Source of the DNA: Chiloscyllium plagiosum
Lineage: Eukaryota
Assembly: GCF_004010195.1 (NCBI RefSeq)
Contig: NC_057753.1
Coordinates: forward strand, 14,452,191-14,516,190
Direction of reading: 5' to 3'
Length of the DNA: 64,000 nucleotides
Shown: positions 1 through 12,452 of the stretch, piece after piece
Layout of the letters: every line of letters starts with the position of its first letter
How positions within the stretch are numbered: position 1 is the first letter of the stretch
Position numbers and translations under genes: made by a program
The notes under the pieces: generated by a model
Told to the model about the DNA's origin: nothing
Seen by the model: the letters and a program-made list of their open reading frames with translations, nothing else
Databases searched by the model: none

Positions 1-1012
1 ACAATGCTCTCCACCGCTTCCCGCTCCTCTGCCCTTGAATCCCACCCCTCCACTCGCCACCAGGGCAGAACCCCACTGGTCCTCACCTACCACCCCACCA
101 ACCTCCAGATACATCGTATCATCCTTCGTCATTTCCGCCACCTCCAAACAGACCCCACCACCAAAGATATATTTCCCTCCCCTCCCCTATCAGTGTTCCG
201 GAAAGACCACTCCCTCCACAACTCCCTCGTCAGGTCCACTCCCCCCACCAACCCAACCTCCACTCCTGGCACCTTCCCCTGCAACCAAGAAATGCAAAAC
301 TTGAGCCCACACCTCCTCCCTCACTTCCCTCCAAGGTCCCAAGGGATCCTTCCATATCCATCACAAATTCACCTGCACCTCCACACTGCATCCGTGGCAA
401 CCGATGTGGCCGCCTATATACTAGGGAGACAGGACGCCTACTTGCAGAACGTTTCAAAGAAAACCTCTGGGACACCCGCACCAACCAAACCAACTGCCCC
501 GTGGCTGAACACTTTAACTCCCCCTCCCACTCCTCCAAGGACATGCAGGTCCTTGACCTCCTCCATCACCAGACCATGGCAACACGACGCCTGGAGGAAG
601 AGCAACTCATCTTCCGCCTAGGAACCCTCCAACTACAAGGGATGAATGCAGATTTCTCCAGCTTTCTCATTTCCACTCCCCAATTCTTTCCTCAGTCCCA
701 ACCCTTAGACTCAGCACCGCCTTCTTGACCTGCAATCTTCTCCCCAACCTCTCCGCTCCCACCCCCTCTCCGGCCAATCACCCTCACCTTAACCTCCTTC
801 CACCTATCGCATTCCCAACGTCCCTCCCTCAAGTCCCTCCTCCTTGCCTTTTTTCTTAGCCTGCTTGGCACACCGTCCTCATTCCTAAAGAAGGGCTTAT
901 ACCCGAAACGTCGATTCTCCTGTTCCTTTGATGCTGCCTGACCTGCTGCGCTTTTCCAGCAACACATGTATAAGCTCTGATCTCCAGCATCTACAGTCCT
1001 CACTTTCTCCTA
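1..1012 (+). mobile_element. Penelope-like retroelement, 3' part (RT C-terminus/linker, GIY-YIG endonuclease, 3' terminal repeat), frameshifted
   Basis: ORF pieces PLVLTYHPTNLQIHRIILRHFRHLQ..FPSPPL..GTFPC and AEHFNSPSHS..RRLEEEQLIFRLGTLQLQGMN are typical of the vertebrate PLE endonuclease region; 3' tail ...gaagggcttatacccgaaacgtcgattctcctg... is shared with other copies in the window. Confidence 0.85.
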
Positions 1013-1712
1013 CCTATCATTGGGAGGCAACTAATAAAAAGATGGCCAGCATCTTCCAAACGAAAGACTGCTTCCATCTGGAAGGACAAATTAAGAAACT
1101 GAGCAAGTTTTCCAGCATTAGGAAGACAGCTGGAAGGACAAGGGCAGCAGAGAATAAGAAAACTATCAGCAGAACGTACCCATCCAAGTCACTCACATTG
1201 TGATTTGGAAATGCGTCACCTTTCCTTCAGTATCACCGGATCAATATTCTCCCTTCCTGTCCCTAACGATTTCCTGTCTCGGTCTTCACACCAAGTGATA
1301 CAACTGTTTCAAATGACAGGTCACGAGCATTTTCCCCAGGAATATTCGGTTCAAAAACAAACACTACGTAAACTAGAGACGATCACGTGGTCCAAGGGAA
1401 CAAATTAAGCAGTAAATAATATTATCTTTTGCAAGTAAATTTGAGACATTTTTCCAAAGGAATTGTTGAGAATCTCAAACTCTGACACATGGAGGCCTCC
1501 TTGACAAGCAAGGTGATGTGATAGAGCAATCTTCTTTTTCTAACACTAACTTGAATGCACACAGGGTGTATGAATGAATACCAGGGATTTGTCGTTGGAA
1601 TCAACATCCAGTTTCCCCACTGGGAAGTGCAAAGTAATTCCAGGGAGCTGGAAGCTTGCACTTTTTTCTCCTCTCATCCTATCACCCATCAGGGCTCGAT
1701 TTTATGTTAAAG

Positions 1713-2033
1713 AGCTCCTGGCCAAAGAAACTACCACAGATTCTTCTCTGGCACTGGCGGCTGTGAAATGCACCTCATTGAGTATGAACCGCAGCACCAG
1801 TACCTTGCTCAGCTTCGTGAAGTGGTACGGTGGTTGGGCAAATGAGAATCGCAGCTTCTGATCATTGCCTTGGGCAGCGTAGTCAGAACAGGGAGAATTC
1901 AGACGACTCTTCATAGGGAAGATAAATGAAGAACTTTGTCCATCAGCGACATTATAATTAAGGATCTCACCATCTACCTCTGTGCAGTGATCTTCACCAT
2001 CATGCAACCCAATAAGCAAACAATGCAGAAACC
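1713..2033 (+). pseudogene. Decayed TRAV-like V segment, opposite orientation (relic R1), with degenerate 23-RSS
   Basis: Reads ELLAKETTTDSSLALAAVKCTSLSMNRSTSTLLSFVKWY../..LLIIALGSVVRTGRIQTTLHREDK*RTLSISDIIIKDLTIYLCAV; followed by caccatc (1995-2001) + 23 nt + gcagaaacc (2025-2033). Confidence 0.7.
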
Positions 2034-2931
2034 CCCAGGAGACAGGAACCTTACCGACAACCTCGCCATCTCAAGCACAGCAACCCTGCAGAGGAGCAGC
2101 AAGAACAGAAAGAACATGCATTTCGCTGAGCTCCCATGTTCAGTTTAGAAATATTGCATCAATGTTAATTCGTGAGAACGTATACTGTTTCTATTTTCAA
2201 ATCATTTTGAAAAATGATATTATATATCAGCTTAGTAGAGGAACCGGTTGGATTTCACCCAAAGGGACGCACACTACCATTGCACATCAGTAGACCCTCT
2301 GAATGTGGAGTGCAACTCCCCTTCTTCCATTGCATTCGGGACAATGTTAATCAATGTCAATCGCACAGCCATTGGCATGCCCTATTGACAGAAGCAGAAC
2401 ATCAAAATGAACAGCAGCTCTCTGCTTTATGATGCAAAGCAGACCAGAGGAGGAAGTGACTTTGTTATACTTCCATCAACACACTTAACGAAAAACAGAC
2501 TCCCGAGATCTCTTGTATACAACATTCGTTAAAACAAGAGAATGATAATGGAGTGAGTAATGAGAGTAATGAGAGAAATTGCAGCTGAAATAAGTCTCAG
2601 AAAATTGAGATGAAAGACCCGTCGTGTAGTTGGCTTCTTGTTTTTCCATTATGATAGCTCCAATCAAATTCAGGCTGAGTTGACTGAGGAGCATCCAAAA
2701 CAAGGAGAGAATAAACGGGAAACTCACACTAAAGGTAAAGAGATGCCTATAGACAGTGGTGAAGATGACACTGAAGATCCACAGAGAAACGAAGAACTGA
2801 GATCAATAAATGGGAGATGGTTGGCAGTGCTACAGCAAAAACATCAGGAGAGGGATTTTGATTCACGTTCTTGGATTGTTATTGGCAATTAATTGTTGCA
2901 TACTTCACTTAAACAGACCCACATAACAACA

Positions 2932-2947
2932 CAGAGAGAGACGGAGT

Positions 2948-2981
<34 letters not shown>
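2932..2981. repeat. (GA)n microsatellite
   Basis: Interrupted AG run seen directly. Confidence 0.9.
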
Positions 2982-3473
2982 CGATTGCAATAGTGTGTTA
3001 TCAATAGATAGAGCTCTAGGTGATCACATCAATACGCTATTCTGGCAATACAATCAAATCAGCAGCATCATCCTTTCTAATACCTTGTCTTCAGTAATCT
3101 GTGGTCGTGTCGCTAGATGTTTCGCCTAACTCGCATGTATGCACGGTTCGGGAGAGGGTGTTCGTTTGAGTGCTGAGTCTGTGAAACCTGGAAACTGAGA
3201 TCTATCTCCCAGCTAACTGTCTACAAATCACATGACAGGAAATTGTTAACCTTGGGGACTTGCAGTTGAGTGTTCAGACATGACTCTCTTCTGTGTCTGT
3301 GTGAATATTTGGAGCCTTCAGCTGCTTTTCTCAGCAGCTCCGGGAAGCCATTGTGTAACAGCCCGATCGAGGTTATTTTGGTTTCCTCTTGGTGTGAGTT
3401 TGAACAGTATGTTGCGACAGCCCAGGGTCAGAACAACTCTAACCAACAGAGAGCCAATTTATGGTTCAAGGAA

Positions 3474-3512
3474 GTATTTTGTACAGTGGTGAGACTGTTT
3501 CTCATCATTGTA
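3474..3512 (-). other. 23-RSS of V1, defective heptamer
   Basis: Minus strand: TACAATG - 23 bp - ACAAAATAC; the essential first C of the heptamer is lost. Confidence 0.85.
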
Positions 3513-3970
3513 TCATCCAATAAAGCACAGTAATACATGGCAGTGTCAGAGAGCTGCAGCCCGCTTCTAGTCAAACTGGTGAATTTCTTTGAAGTCTGAA
3601 GTTCTACAGAGAAGCGATCTTCTGCAAAACTTGTTTTACTTTCAGAACCATCACTATACTTCCACAGAATAAACTTAGGCTGGCTGTCTCGGCGTTGCTG
3701 GTACCAATAAAATGTATAGCAGCTCCCTGTAGTTTCATAGGTACAGCTTAGAGTCACCTCATCTCCTTTTGTCCGAACAACTGAGGGGAGTGGCTGAGTG
3801 ACAGAATCTCCATGACTCAGATCCGAAGGGTAAAACAGAAATCAATGATAAACTGTCAGGCTGGGGTCAGTTTAAACCATGACTTGATGAAGAAATCGGC
3901 AACACATTTCCTTCACTGTTACCTGTTAACATTGCTGCCCACAGAACACCAAAATGCTGAGTGGCCACAT
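3513..3970 (-). pseudogene. TRAV/DV: TCR alpha/delta V segment V1 (leader 3923-3970, V exon 3513-3822), pseudogene
   Basis: Open V domain (TLSCTY..WYQQ..RFSVEL..DTAMYYCAL), but the leader is 48 nt with an in-frame TAA, the splice acceptor is CGG instead of CAG and the heptamer is TACAATG; paralog of intact V7. Confidence 0.85.
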
Positions 3971-4657
3971 TGTCGCTGTCCTCTGCGTAATACGATGGTC
4001 GGATATTTGAAGACAGTTATTCTCTAAACCCCATGGTAAAATGCTTTCATGTTACTACTGATTCCCACCTCACTGCCTTGTGTGGGTGGTGCTGCTCTAT
4101 TGGCAGAAGGAGGACATTAGACTCTCAGTGAAATGACACATCCCAAGCTGTGTACAGTCACTGGAACACCGAGAGATTTGAAAGATTGACTTCCATCCAT
4201 AATACATCACTATACCAGTTACACTCAATACTCTTCTTGTTTCACTGATTGAATGCCAAAATCTCACCATTTTTACTTCTTATTCAGTTTGCAGGAGCGG
4301 GAGAGGGACGTCATTACCTGATGCTACGCAGAGGATGTCCAACATCCACATAAGTCTTGTGGAGCTACAAATTGTCCAATGAAATATAATCCTGCAAATC
4401 CCACCCTCTATATTAGTTGAACCAATCTGAGACTTCTCCATCATTGTTTCCATTATGACTTTTGCGAAATGTGTATTTATTCTGCCCCTCAATTGCTGTT
4501 CTCTGTTCTCTGTCCTGAGCCTCAACATTGCCAATATGTGCTTCTGTTACTCCTTCTTAGCATACTTCACTGAGCTCAATCTCACCATTCTTCCTCGTTC
4601 AGTGGGTGTTTTCTAACAATTGTGTCACTCACTTTTGCAGTGACAATTTCAGTTCGT

Positions 4658-4755
4658 CTGTGTGTGTGTGTGTGTGTGTCTGTCTGTCTGTCTGTCGGTC
4701 CGTTTGTCACTCTGTCTGGTCTGTGTTTCCGTCTGTCTGTCCGTCTGTCTGTCTG
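4658..4755. repeat. (GT)n/(CTGT)n simple repeat
   Basis: Seen directly. Confidence 0.85.
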
Positions 4756-5814
4756 AGGTTGCTTGCTTGTCTCTCTGGGTGATGGGAGATTTTTATCGGT
4801 GCTTTGAAAGGGTGTGTTGCACCTTAATTTGGCTTAACGAAGTTTCTACAACCACACAGCGAAAATCGCCAGGGAATCACTCAGAGGGCAGCACCAGCAG
4901 AGAGCAGCATTCAATCTTATCCCACTGTCAACACACGCAAACAATCGCACGTGCCCACATACAGAGGGACAGGAAAAGCGTAAGGATAACAACTAGTTTA
5001 GATTTAAGAGAGGTCGCTGTAGGGATCACAGAGATAGTCACTATAGAGGAAACAGTCGTGCTCAGTGCATTGATTACAGAACCTTCAAATCAAGTATTCT
5101 AAGGATTTCTTCTATTTCTGATCAAACATCTAACTCTTGAAATCTCCCAAGAACGCGTGCCCAGGCTATCTAGTCTTTCAATGTGTATCTCAGAATTGAA
5201 CATATTTAGCTCACAGACTCTGTAGTAAATCATTCCACAGATTATTTTCCCTCTAAAAGAATAAATGCTTCCTCATCTCGAGCTCGAATGTTTGACCACA
5301 TTCTCTGAGATTACGCCATCTGCTCCTACATCTTCCATCAAGGTGAAAAGACTTTGCCACTTCTGTCCTATTACGTTTTCATCCCACACCTCTCAATCAC
5401 GTGGCACTTGAAGTTGTTCCTCAAGAATCAGAGTAGGATGCCTCCATCCCGTTTCTATGCAGCTCACTTATGCACTGACGAGATTTCTGATGTTGATAAA
5501 CACAAAGGATGTTTGCACACATTCGTTTCTCTTCAGACCTCCAGCCCTATAACAATACAAAGTATTTTTCTGTTAAGTCAGTTGGGTTTAAAATTCCACA
5601 CTTCAGAGTGCAGGAGTTGAGATGAAGGTCTGGTCTGCTAATTGCCATGTATAAATCAAAAAAGTAAGCTGGAGTTCCAGCATTTGGAAACAGTCGTAGT
5701 ATAACACGGCATTGAGGAGAATCTAAGTTTGAGTCTGTTTTAAGGATCCACCACACTACGTTTTGAGATCTGTCCATTGTGTAAAAACTATCTCTAATCC
5801 AAAACTTCACTCTG

Positions 5815-6143
5815 GTGGGCTCCACGGTGACACAGTGGTTAGCACTGCTGCCTCACAGCGCCAGAGACCCGGGTTCAATTCCCGCCTCAGGCGACTGACT
5901 GTGTGGAGTTTGTGCGTTCTCCCCGTGTCTGCGTGGGTTTCCTCCGGGTGCTCCGGTTTCCTCCCACAATCCAAAAGATGTGCTGGTCAGGTGAATTGGC
6001 CATTCTAAATTGCCCCTAGTGTTAGGGAAGGGGTAAATGTAGGGGTGTGGGTGGGTTGCGCTTCGGCGGGGCGGTGTGGACCTGTTGGGCCAAAGGGCCT
6101 GTTTCCACACTGTATGTAATCTAATCATGTAATCTAATCTAAT
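5815..6143 (+). mobile_element. tRNA-derived SINE (shark HE1/V-SINE type)
   Basis: A/B-box head (cagtggttagcactgctgcctcacagc..gggttcaattccc), core tgtgtggagtttg..ctccccgtgtctgcgtgggtttcctccggg, (taatc)n tail; empty site in the paralog at ~46750. Confidence 0.9.
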
Positions 6144-7730
6144 GAATAAACAGAACCTCTTAATGAACTGCGAGTTGTTCCTCTGGGAAACTAGCATGAG
6201 AGATTTGAAATGGGATGGTCAGAATACCAGAGGGCTAACAAAGGATGATGAAGTAACAAAGGAATCATTAGAATATCGCTAGTGAATTTATGAATGTGTG
6301 AATGAGGAGTACTAGAGGCTGCGAGTTGATGATGCTGTCAGTTAGAATGGTGTTGTGTGCTGCTGCCCCCCTTCTGGTTATAACTCTGCATAGTTTGAAC
6401 CTCCTTTTGTGCATTCATGGACATGGACCTGGAAGGGTCAACATTACATTGCGTTGAACAGAAGGGCGTGAAACACGGAAAGATCGTTTTGATCAATTCA
6501 TTCATTATCATGCCTTCAGTCAAGTTATGCCACAAAGCAACAGCCAGCTGCTTCTGTGCGAACATTACATCCTTGAGACAACTGTCCAGATGAACGTTTC
6601 TGATATTTTGAACATCTTCCCCATCAAACATTGAGACAGACCGAACAATATACAGCACAGCACATCGAAACAAACTCGTAAAGAAGTCAAACAAAATGCA
6701 CAACAAAACTTCCATGCAGACGTATTGATACATACGTTTTAGCACTTGCAGCTACGGTGGAAACCTACGGTGCACCAGTTCGTCGGCGACTGATTAATGT
6801 GTGTAGTTGGAAGTGTCACAACATAATGTCCTGCTCTGTTCTGTTCTGTACTATCAAAAGGAGAACTGCTGTATCTTTCGGTTTTGGACTAGCATCAATA
6901 GGACTGAAATCTGGAGTTGTGATTAACATTGATTATTCTCAAGCTGAATGTAATCACCCCAAGTGTTTCGAGTTGCATCCCTGAACTTCGCGGGACCTAT
7001 TCAAGTTTGGATTTTGAGATAATATTATTGTGATTGAGTCTTTAAAGCTACTCTTTATTTTTGAGTGAACAGTTTTAAGTAAAAATAAATCAGCAGCACC
7101 AACTAAACCAGCGACTATTTCTGCATGTAAAGACAAGGGCAGCAGGAGCATCCTGCAATATCTCCTCCAAATCTCTCTAATGACACTATAATTAGAAGTG
7201 TACCGCCCGTCCTTCAGCGTCTGGATCAATATTCTACCTTCGCCGCCCTAGCTATTTCCTGTGTCCATTTCCCCACTAAGTGATACAGCCATTTGAAAAG
7301 GCAGTTCATCACTAATTACTACAGATGCATTCATGTTGGACACGAAACGTTATGCCAGCCAGCGTCGACAAGATGGTCCAAGGGAAAAAATGATGCAAAG
7401 CTAATAGTGTTATTTGGGAATCAAGTTGACACATTTTCTCATCGTACTTGCTGAGAATTTGACGTTCTAACAAGTTGGTTGGCTAAAATGAACGATGAAA
7501 ATGTCATTTTTTTTTACTGGCAAATATAACAATCACAGGGGTGAGAGGAGAATAATCTTATTTAAGAAATACTTTGAGAAGAAACGGCATGTCAATATGT
7601 TTCAGCGTTTGTCTATTGGGATGAATAACCAGTTTCCCGATTGGAAAATACAATGTGGTTGCAGGGAGTTGGATGCTTGCACATATATTTCCTCCCATCA
7701 TTTCTCCATGGGGTTTGTTCTATGTTGCAG

Positions 7731-8296
7731 AGCTCCTGGCCAAAGAGCGGATTACGTACTCTCACCTCATCATAGTGGCAGCACGGTGGCTCAATGGTTA
7801 GCACTGCTGCCACAGAGAACCAGGGTCCCATGTTCGAATCCAGCCTCAGGTGACCATCTCTGTTGAGTTTGCGTATTCTCCCCGTCTGGGTTTCCGTCCA
7901 AAGATGTGGAGGTCAGGTAATTTGGCTATGCTAAATTGCACGTAGAGTTAGGTGCATTAGTCAGAGGAAAGTGTGTTTAGTTGGGTTACTCTTCAGAGGG
8001 TTGGTATGGACTTGTTGGTCTGAAGGGCCTGTTCCCACACTGTTGTGAATCTAATTACTGGAAGCCTCCCAGTAACTGCAGTACTGACACCTTGCTCAGA
8101 TTTGTGCAATGGGTCCAATGGTGTCACAGGCAGGATGTACTTTGGCAGCGTGTTCAGAGCAGGGAGGTCATTCTAACCTGAAATGAAAATACAGCACTTT
8201 GACCATCAGAGACATTGGGAAAGAGAGTGCTGGAGAGTACCCCAGCGCCGTGACCATCCCTACTATACAACCCAATCAGCAGCCAGTACAGACAGG
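7731..8296 (+). pseudogene. Decayed TRAV-like V segment (relic R2), interrupted by a SINE
   Basis: Acceptor gttgcag|agctcctggcc (ELLAKERITYS), then after the SINE NCSTDTLLRFVQW..STLTIRDIGKESAGEYPSAV; ccctact + 23 nt + acagacagg (8288-8296). Confidence 0.65.
7775..8056 (+). mobile_element. HE1/V-SINE-type SINE, diverged
   Basis: ggcagcacggtggctcaatggttagcactgctgcc head, similar to the 5815 copy. Confidence 0.8.
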
Positions 8297-10232
8297 AGCT
8301 ATGCTGACAGTGCCCAATCTCAACCACACAAGCGAATTTTTTGAAGCGCCACTTGCAATGTTGAACGTCAGACGATGCTGTGGTTTTAAGATGTTGTTTT
8401 CGCCTGGTTTCTTTTCAGAGATAGATTTAATAAGAGGTGCAGAGAAGCCTAGCGAAGATTATTTGAGTAAACAGCTGAGAAAGTCCTGGGGGTGAGGGCG
8501 GAGTTTATCAGCATGAATGTTAGTGACAAGCTCCAAAGGATCAGGATTATTGGGTTTTAGCTTTTCAGCATCATCAGAAGTCGCTGGGGGCTCAACAGAG
8601 TTGAAAGCTGCAGAAACGCCTCGTGGCTGCTACTCTTTCTTTCAATTTTTGCTTGCTTGTTTTGCCCTCCTAGACTGGAGACTGAGACTTTTTCTCTGAA
8701 CTTGCTTTGTCTCCAAAGGGTGTGTTTATGGGTATGTTATTATTTTAAAACTGCATAAGCAATTGTCACTACATCTATAATTCAGATGAGTTATCCAGTG
8801 GAGTAAGTTGTTCTGAATTCTTCTTTTTTATATTTTTGTTTAACTGTAATGTTTCAACAAATTGTCTTTTGCTTAATGTCGAGTAGTTGGACCAATTGAA
8901 TTGCATTTGAAACACAACACGTTGCATCTGTATTTAACATTAGAAAAGAAGATAGGGTCTGGGCTAACTTCTTAAAATACTTTGAGGGGATCTGGTCTGA
9001 TCCACACCAAATATGACATGAATCTTAATCAGTGAGAAGCTAGAATGTATCAATTTCCTTCACAACTTGTTCAGAGATTTCATGCCTATAACTAGAGCAG
9101 GTGAGGCTAGAAATGGGATCTGCTCGACACAACGTGACAATATCACTGCGCATCTGTAGCCCCTACGAATCTCAAGATCTGGGTTGATTATATTCAGGAT
9201 AATGAGGATAATCAATGCTAATTATGTACTATTGACACGAGTGCAAACCGAAATACAAAGCGGCTCTCCTCTTGATTGTGCATAGCAGGCCAGAGCAGGA
9301 AACATAGCTGTCATTCTTCCAGTCACACACTAACTGAAATGCAAAGACACGTGAATTCTTACACACCACATGAGTTAAAACTAGAGAACAATATTGTGGT
9401 CAGCAACGACACCAATCACAGTGAAAATGCAGGTGCAAAGATAAAAAGTTAAACTGAGATTAAATTAACCAGCATGTAGTTGCTTTTCATTCCACGTGAT
9501 GGGATCTCCAATCGCTTTGAGGTTGGGTTCACCGACGATAATCCAAAAGAAGGAGGGACTGAAGGGGAAACTCAGTTTACCAAGACAGAGAGACAACTAC
9601 AGATAGCGATAAAGACAGTGCTAAGGATCAACAGAGATACCAGGAGAGGAGATCAATCATTGCCTGACGGTTGGCAGTGAAATGGAAGAAATGTCAGGCG
9701 AGGGAATTTGTTATTAAAAGTACAATGTGGTACTGATAATTTCACTGTTACATTGAAACTGCATATATTCTGGCTTGCGTTCTCACACTGATACACACAG
9801 TTGGAGATGAAAACACACACACCGGTGAGTATGAGGTGTTTTGGAAACGAGAGCTTTTTCCCAGCTCACCTGTCTACAAATTACATAGAGTCATGGAGTC
9901 ATAGTGATGTACAGCATGGAAACAGACCCTTCGGTCCAACCTATCCATGCCGACCAGACATCCCAACCCAATCTAGTCCCACCTGCCAGCACCCGGCCCA
10001 CATTCCTCCAAAGGGTGAGTATTTGAACGAGTGCATTCAATCATGAATCGGTTCTGTGTCTGTGGGATGCTCGGAATCTGCATTTGATTTTCTCAGAAGA
10101 TCCGGGAAATAATTGCATGACAGTTTGTTCTGAGTTCAATTTGAATTCCTCTCAGCATGAGTTTGAGTTCCGAATAGCACATTGCAATAGCCCGAACGCC
10201 AATAGAAAGAGAGGGCATCTATTTTTCAAGGA

Positions 10233-10271
10233 CATTTTGGTACAGAGGGGAGACAATTTCCCATCACTGTG
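10233..10271 (-). other. 23-RSS of V2
   Basis: CACAGTG - 23 bp - ACCAAAATG (degenerate nonamer). Confidence 0.75.
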
Positions 10272-10713
10272 CAGACTCAGAAAGCGCAGTAAACACGACA
10301 GTCTCAGACAGCTGTAGCCCGCTGGTAGTCAAACTGGTGAATTTCTTCGAGGTCTGATTTTCGACAGAGAAACGACTTTGTACAAAATTAGTTTGATCAT
10401 CATCACCATCGGGAGCTTTCCACAGAATAAACTCGGACTGTGTGTCTGGGTGCTGTCAGCACCAGAATATTTTCTCGTAGCTCAAAGTAGTATCTTGCAT
10501 ACTAGAGTAAGTGCCTCTCCGACTGTCTGAGGGGAGTGATTGTGTGACAGAATCTCAATGACTCTGGGCTGATAGGGTAAATGGACATCAATTGTAAAGT
10601 GTCAGGCTGGGATCAGTTTAATGTGTGATTTAATGAAGAAATGTAAAATGCATGTCCTCACGTGTACATGTTAGAATTGCTCCCCACACAATCCAGATCC
10701 TGAGTAGCCACAT
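10272..10713 (-). pseudogene. TRAV/DV: TCR alpha/delta V segment V2 (leader 10668-10713, V exon 10272-10568), pseudogene
   Basis: Clear homology to the other V exons; FR1 deletion, TGA shortly after the conserved Trp (TTC TGG TGC TGA), 1-nt deletion in the YYC codons, weak donor. Confidence 0.85.
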
Positions 10714-12413
10714 TGTCGAGGTCCTCTGCGTGAAAGGTCAGTTGTATAGTTGAGCAACCCTTTTCAATATCCCGCCCTCAGTGAACTGCTGACGTAGCTG
10801 TGGAAGCGTCTTACGTCCTTGCCTTCTGTGGACGATGATGCAATGTGTCTGGAATGAAGAAAGCAGTTTCATAGTGAACTGGCACATCCCAATCTCAGTT
10901 ACACTCACTGTACATAAAATGGAGCATTGAGAATTGTGATACATTGACTTCCATTTGTGATAAGCAATTGCCCTCTCAAGACTCTGCTCTTTTTCTGTTC
11001 AAAGTCCTCAAACGAACACATTTCTTGTTCTTAAGCAGTTCATACTTTCCTTCAAATTGTCCACCTGGTCCCCAAGATTTCCCCAATGCTTGTGGCCCCA
11101 TAAGCTGTCTCCTCCCAAATTGCAATCACACCTTCCACATCACTGGACTCCATCTCAACCTTATCCAGTAGCATCTCTGATATAACTTTTAACAGATTCT
11201 CCCTATTGCTGTCTCTCTGTCGACAGGCACGAGGTGATCACTCTTTCCCTCTGTTAGTTCCTCCTGGCATTCTTCACTGAGCTCAGTTGCACCTTCCTTC
11301 TTCGCCTCTGTTGAAATCTTTCTCTTACTGAACGCAGACGGTTGACAGAACGGGATTCACTGTGCATCTGAATACTGTTACAGGAGCTGTCGTCGGCTCC
11401 AGGACCTTCAGTGTGTTGTGTGCCTGTCTGTCTCGGTGTCTGTACTTATCTGTGTGTTTCGCTGGAGTGGGGAAGCGTGTCCTACTTCCAATGGGATGTA
11501 TGTACCAGGATGTTCACTGAATTCGGAAGAGGCAAGGCCGCCTTGTGTTTCACTTCAATTACGTTTACAGTGGTGAAATGTCATCCTCTGCTAATGAACT
11601 GAAGCTAATACAATTGAGCATCGTGATAATCACCAAGGAAACAGTCAAAGGATGAGCACAAGCAGACATCAATTTTACACGTGACAACAGTCTCAACACG
11701 AGTGTGCACACATGCAGAGAGAGAGAGAGAGCAAGAGAGACAGAGAGAGAGAGATGGGTGTTATGTTCTGTTCTAAACAGGCAGAACTGTGTGTGATCAC
11801 GTCGATGGGTGAAAAGGTTGATGCGACAGTTCCTCAATATAATCAAATTCGCAAGGTTTGCAATTCCAAACGACTCCCCCAGAACTCTGCTCAGAAAGAA
11901 AAATGGAAATATTTGGAAGCTTACCAGAAACAATCACTGTTCCTGAAACCTAACTCCTATTTCTCTCCAGAGATGCTGTCAGTCCTGCAATTTTCCCAAA
12001 AAAAAAATTCCTTTTTTTGTTCTGATTTCCAGGATCCACAGTTCTTACCGTTTTATTTTGACTCAGTAAACTGCATGCTTTTGCCTCACTGCCTTGTGTG
12101 GGCGTTGAGGATGTAAAACTCCGAGAAGGACCGTTGTCTCCCAGTTCATGAACTAAAAATCATAGGACAGCAAATTGGTTGATGGTGGGCATTAGAATGG
12201 ATGAGGTTACACATTGCTCTGTTCTGTGGAGGTGCGCAAGTTCAGAGTGCACAGTTTACTTTCTCAAGCAGCACAAGAAACAATTCGGTTACAGTTTGAT
12301 GTAAGGTTAGTTTGGTTTCCTCTCGGTATTTGTTCAGGTTCCTGAAAGCACGTAGTAACTTTCCAACACTCTATGAAAACCTCAATAGATGGAACTATCT
12401 GTGGTCCAAAGGC

Positions 12414-12452
12414 AGTTTTTGTACAGTGGAGAGACTGTTTATCATCACTGTG
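12414..12452 (-). other. 23-RSS of V3
   Basis: CACAGTG - 23 bp - ACAAAAACT, near consensus. Confidence 0.92.

Noticed and set aside
1573-1628. Leader exon for the plus-strand relics (atg..ccccactg|ggaagt)
   Set aside because: The position fits, but the donor lacks GT in every copy and the reading frame is not convincingly hydrophobic; too decayed to call.
5815-5895. tRNA gene
   Set aside because: The A/B boxes are the head of a SINE and continue into the SINE core and tail.
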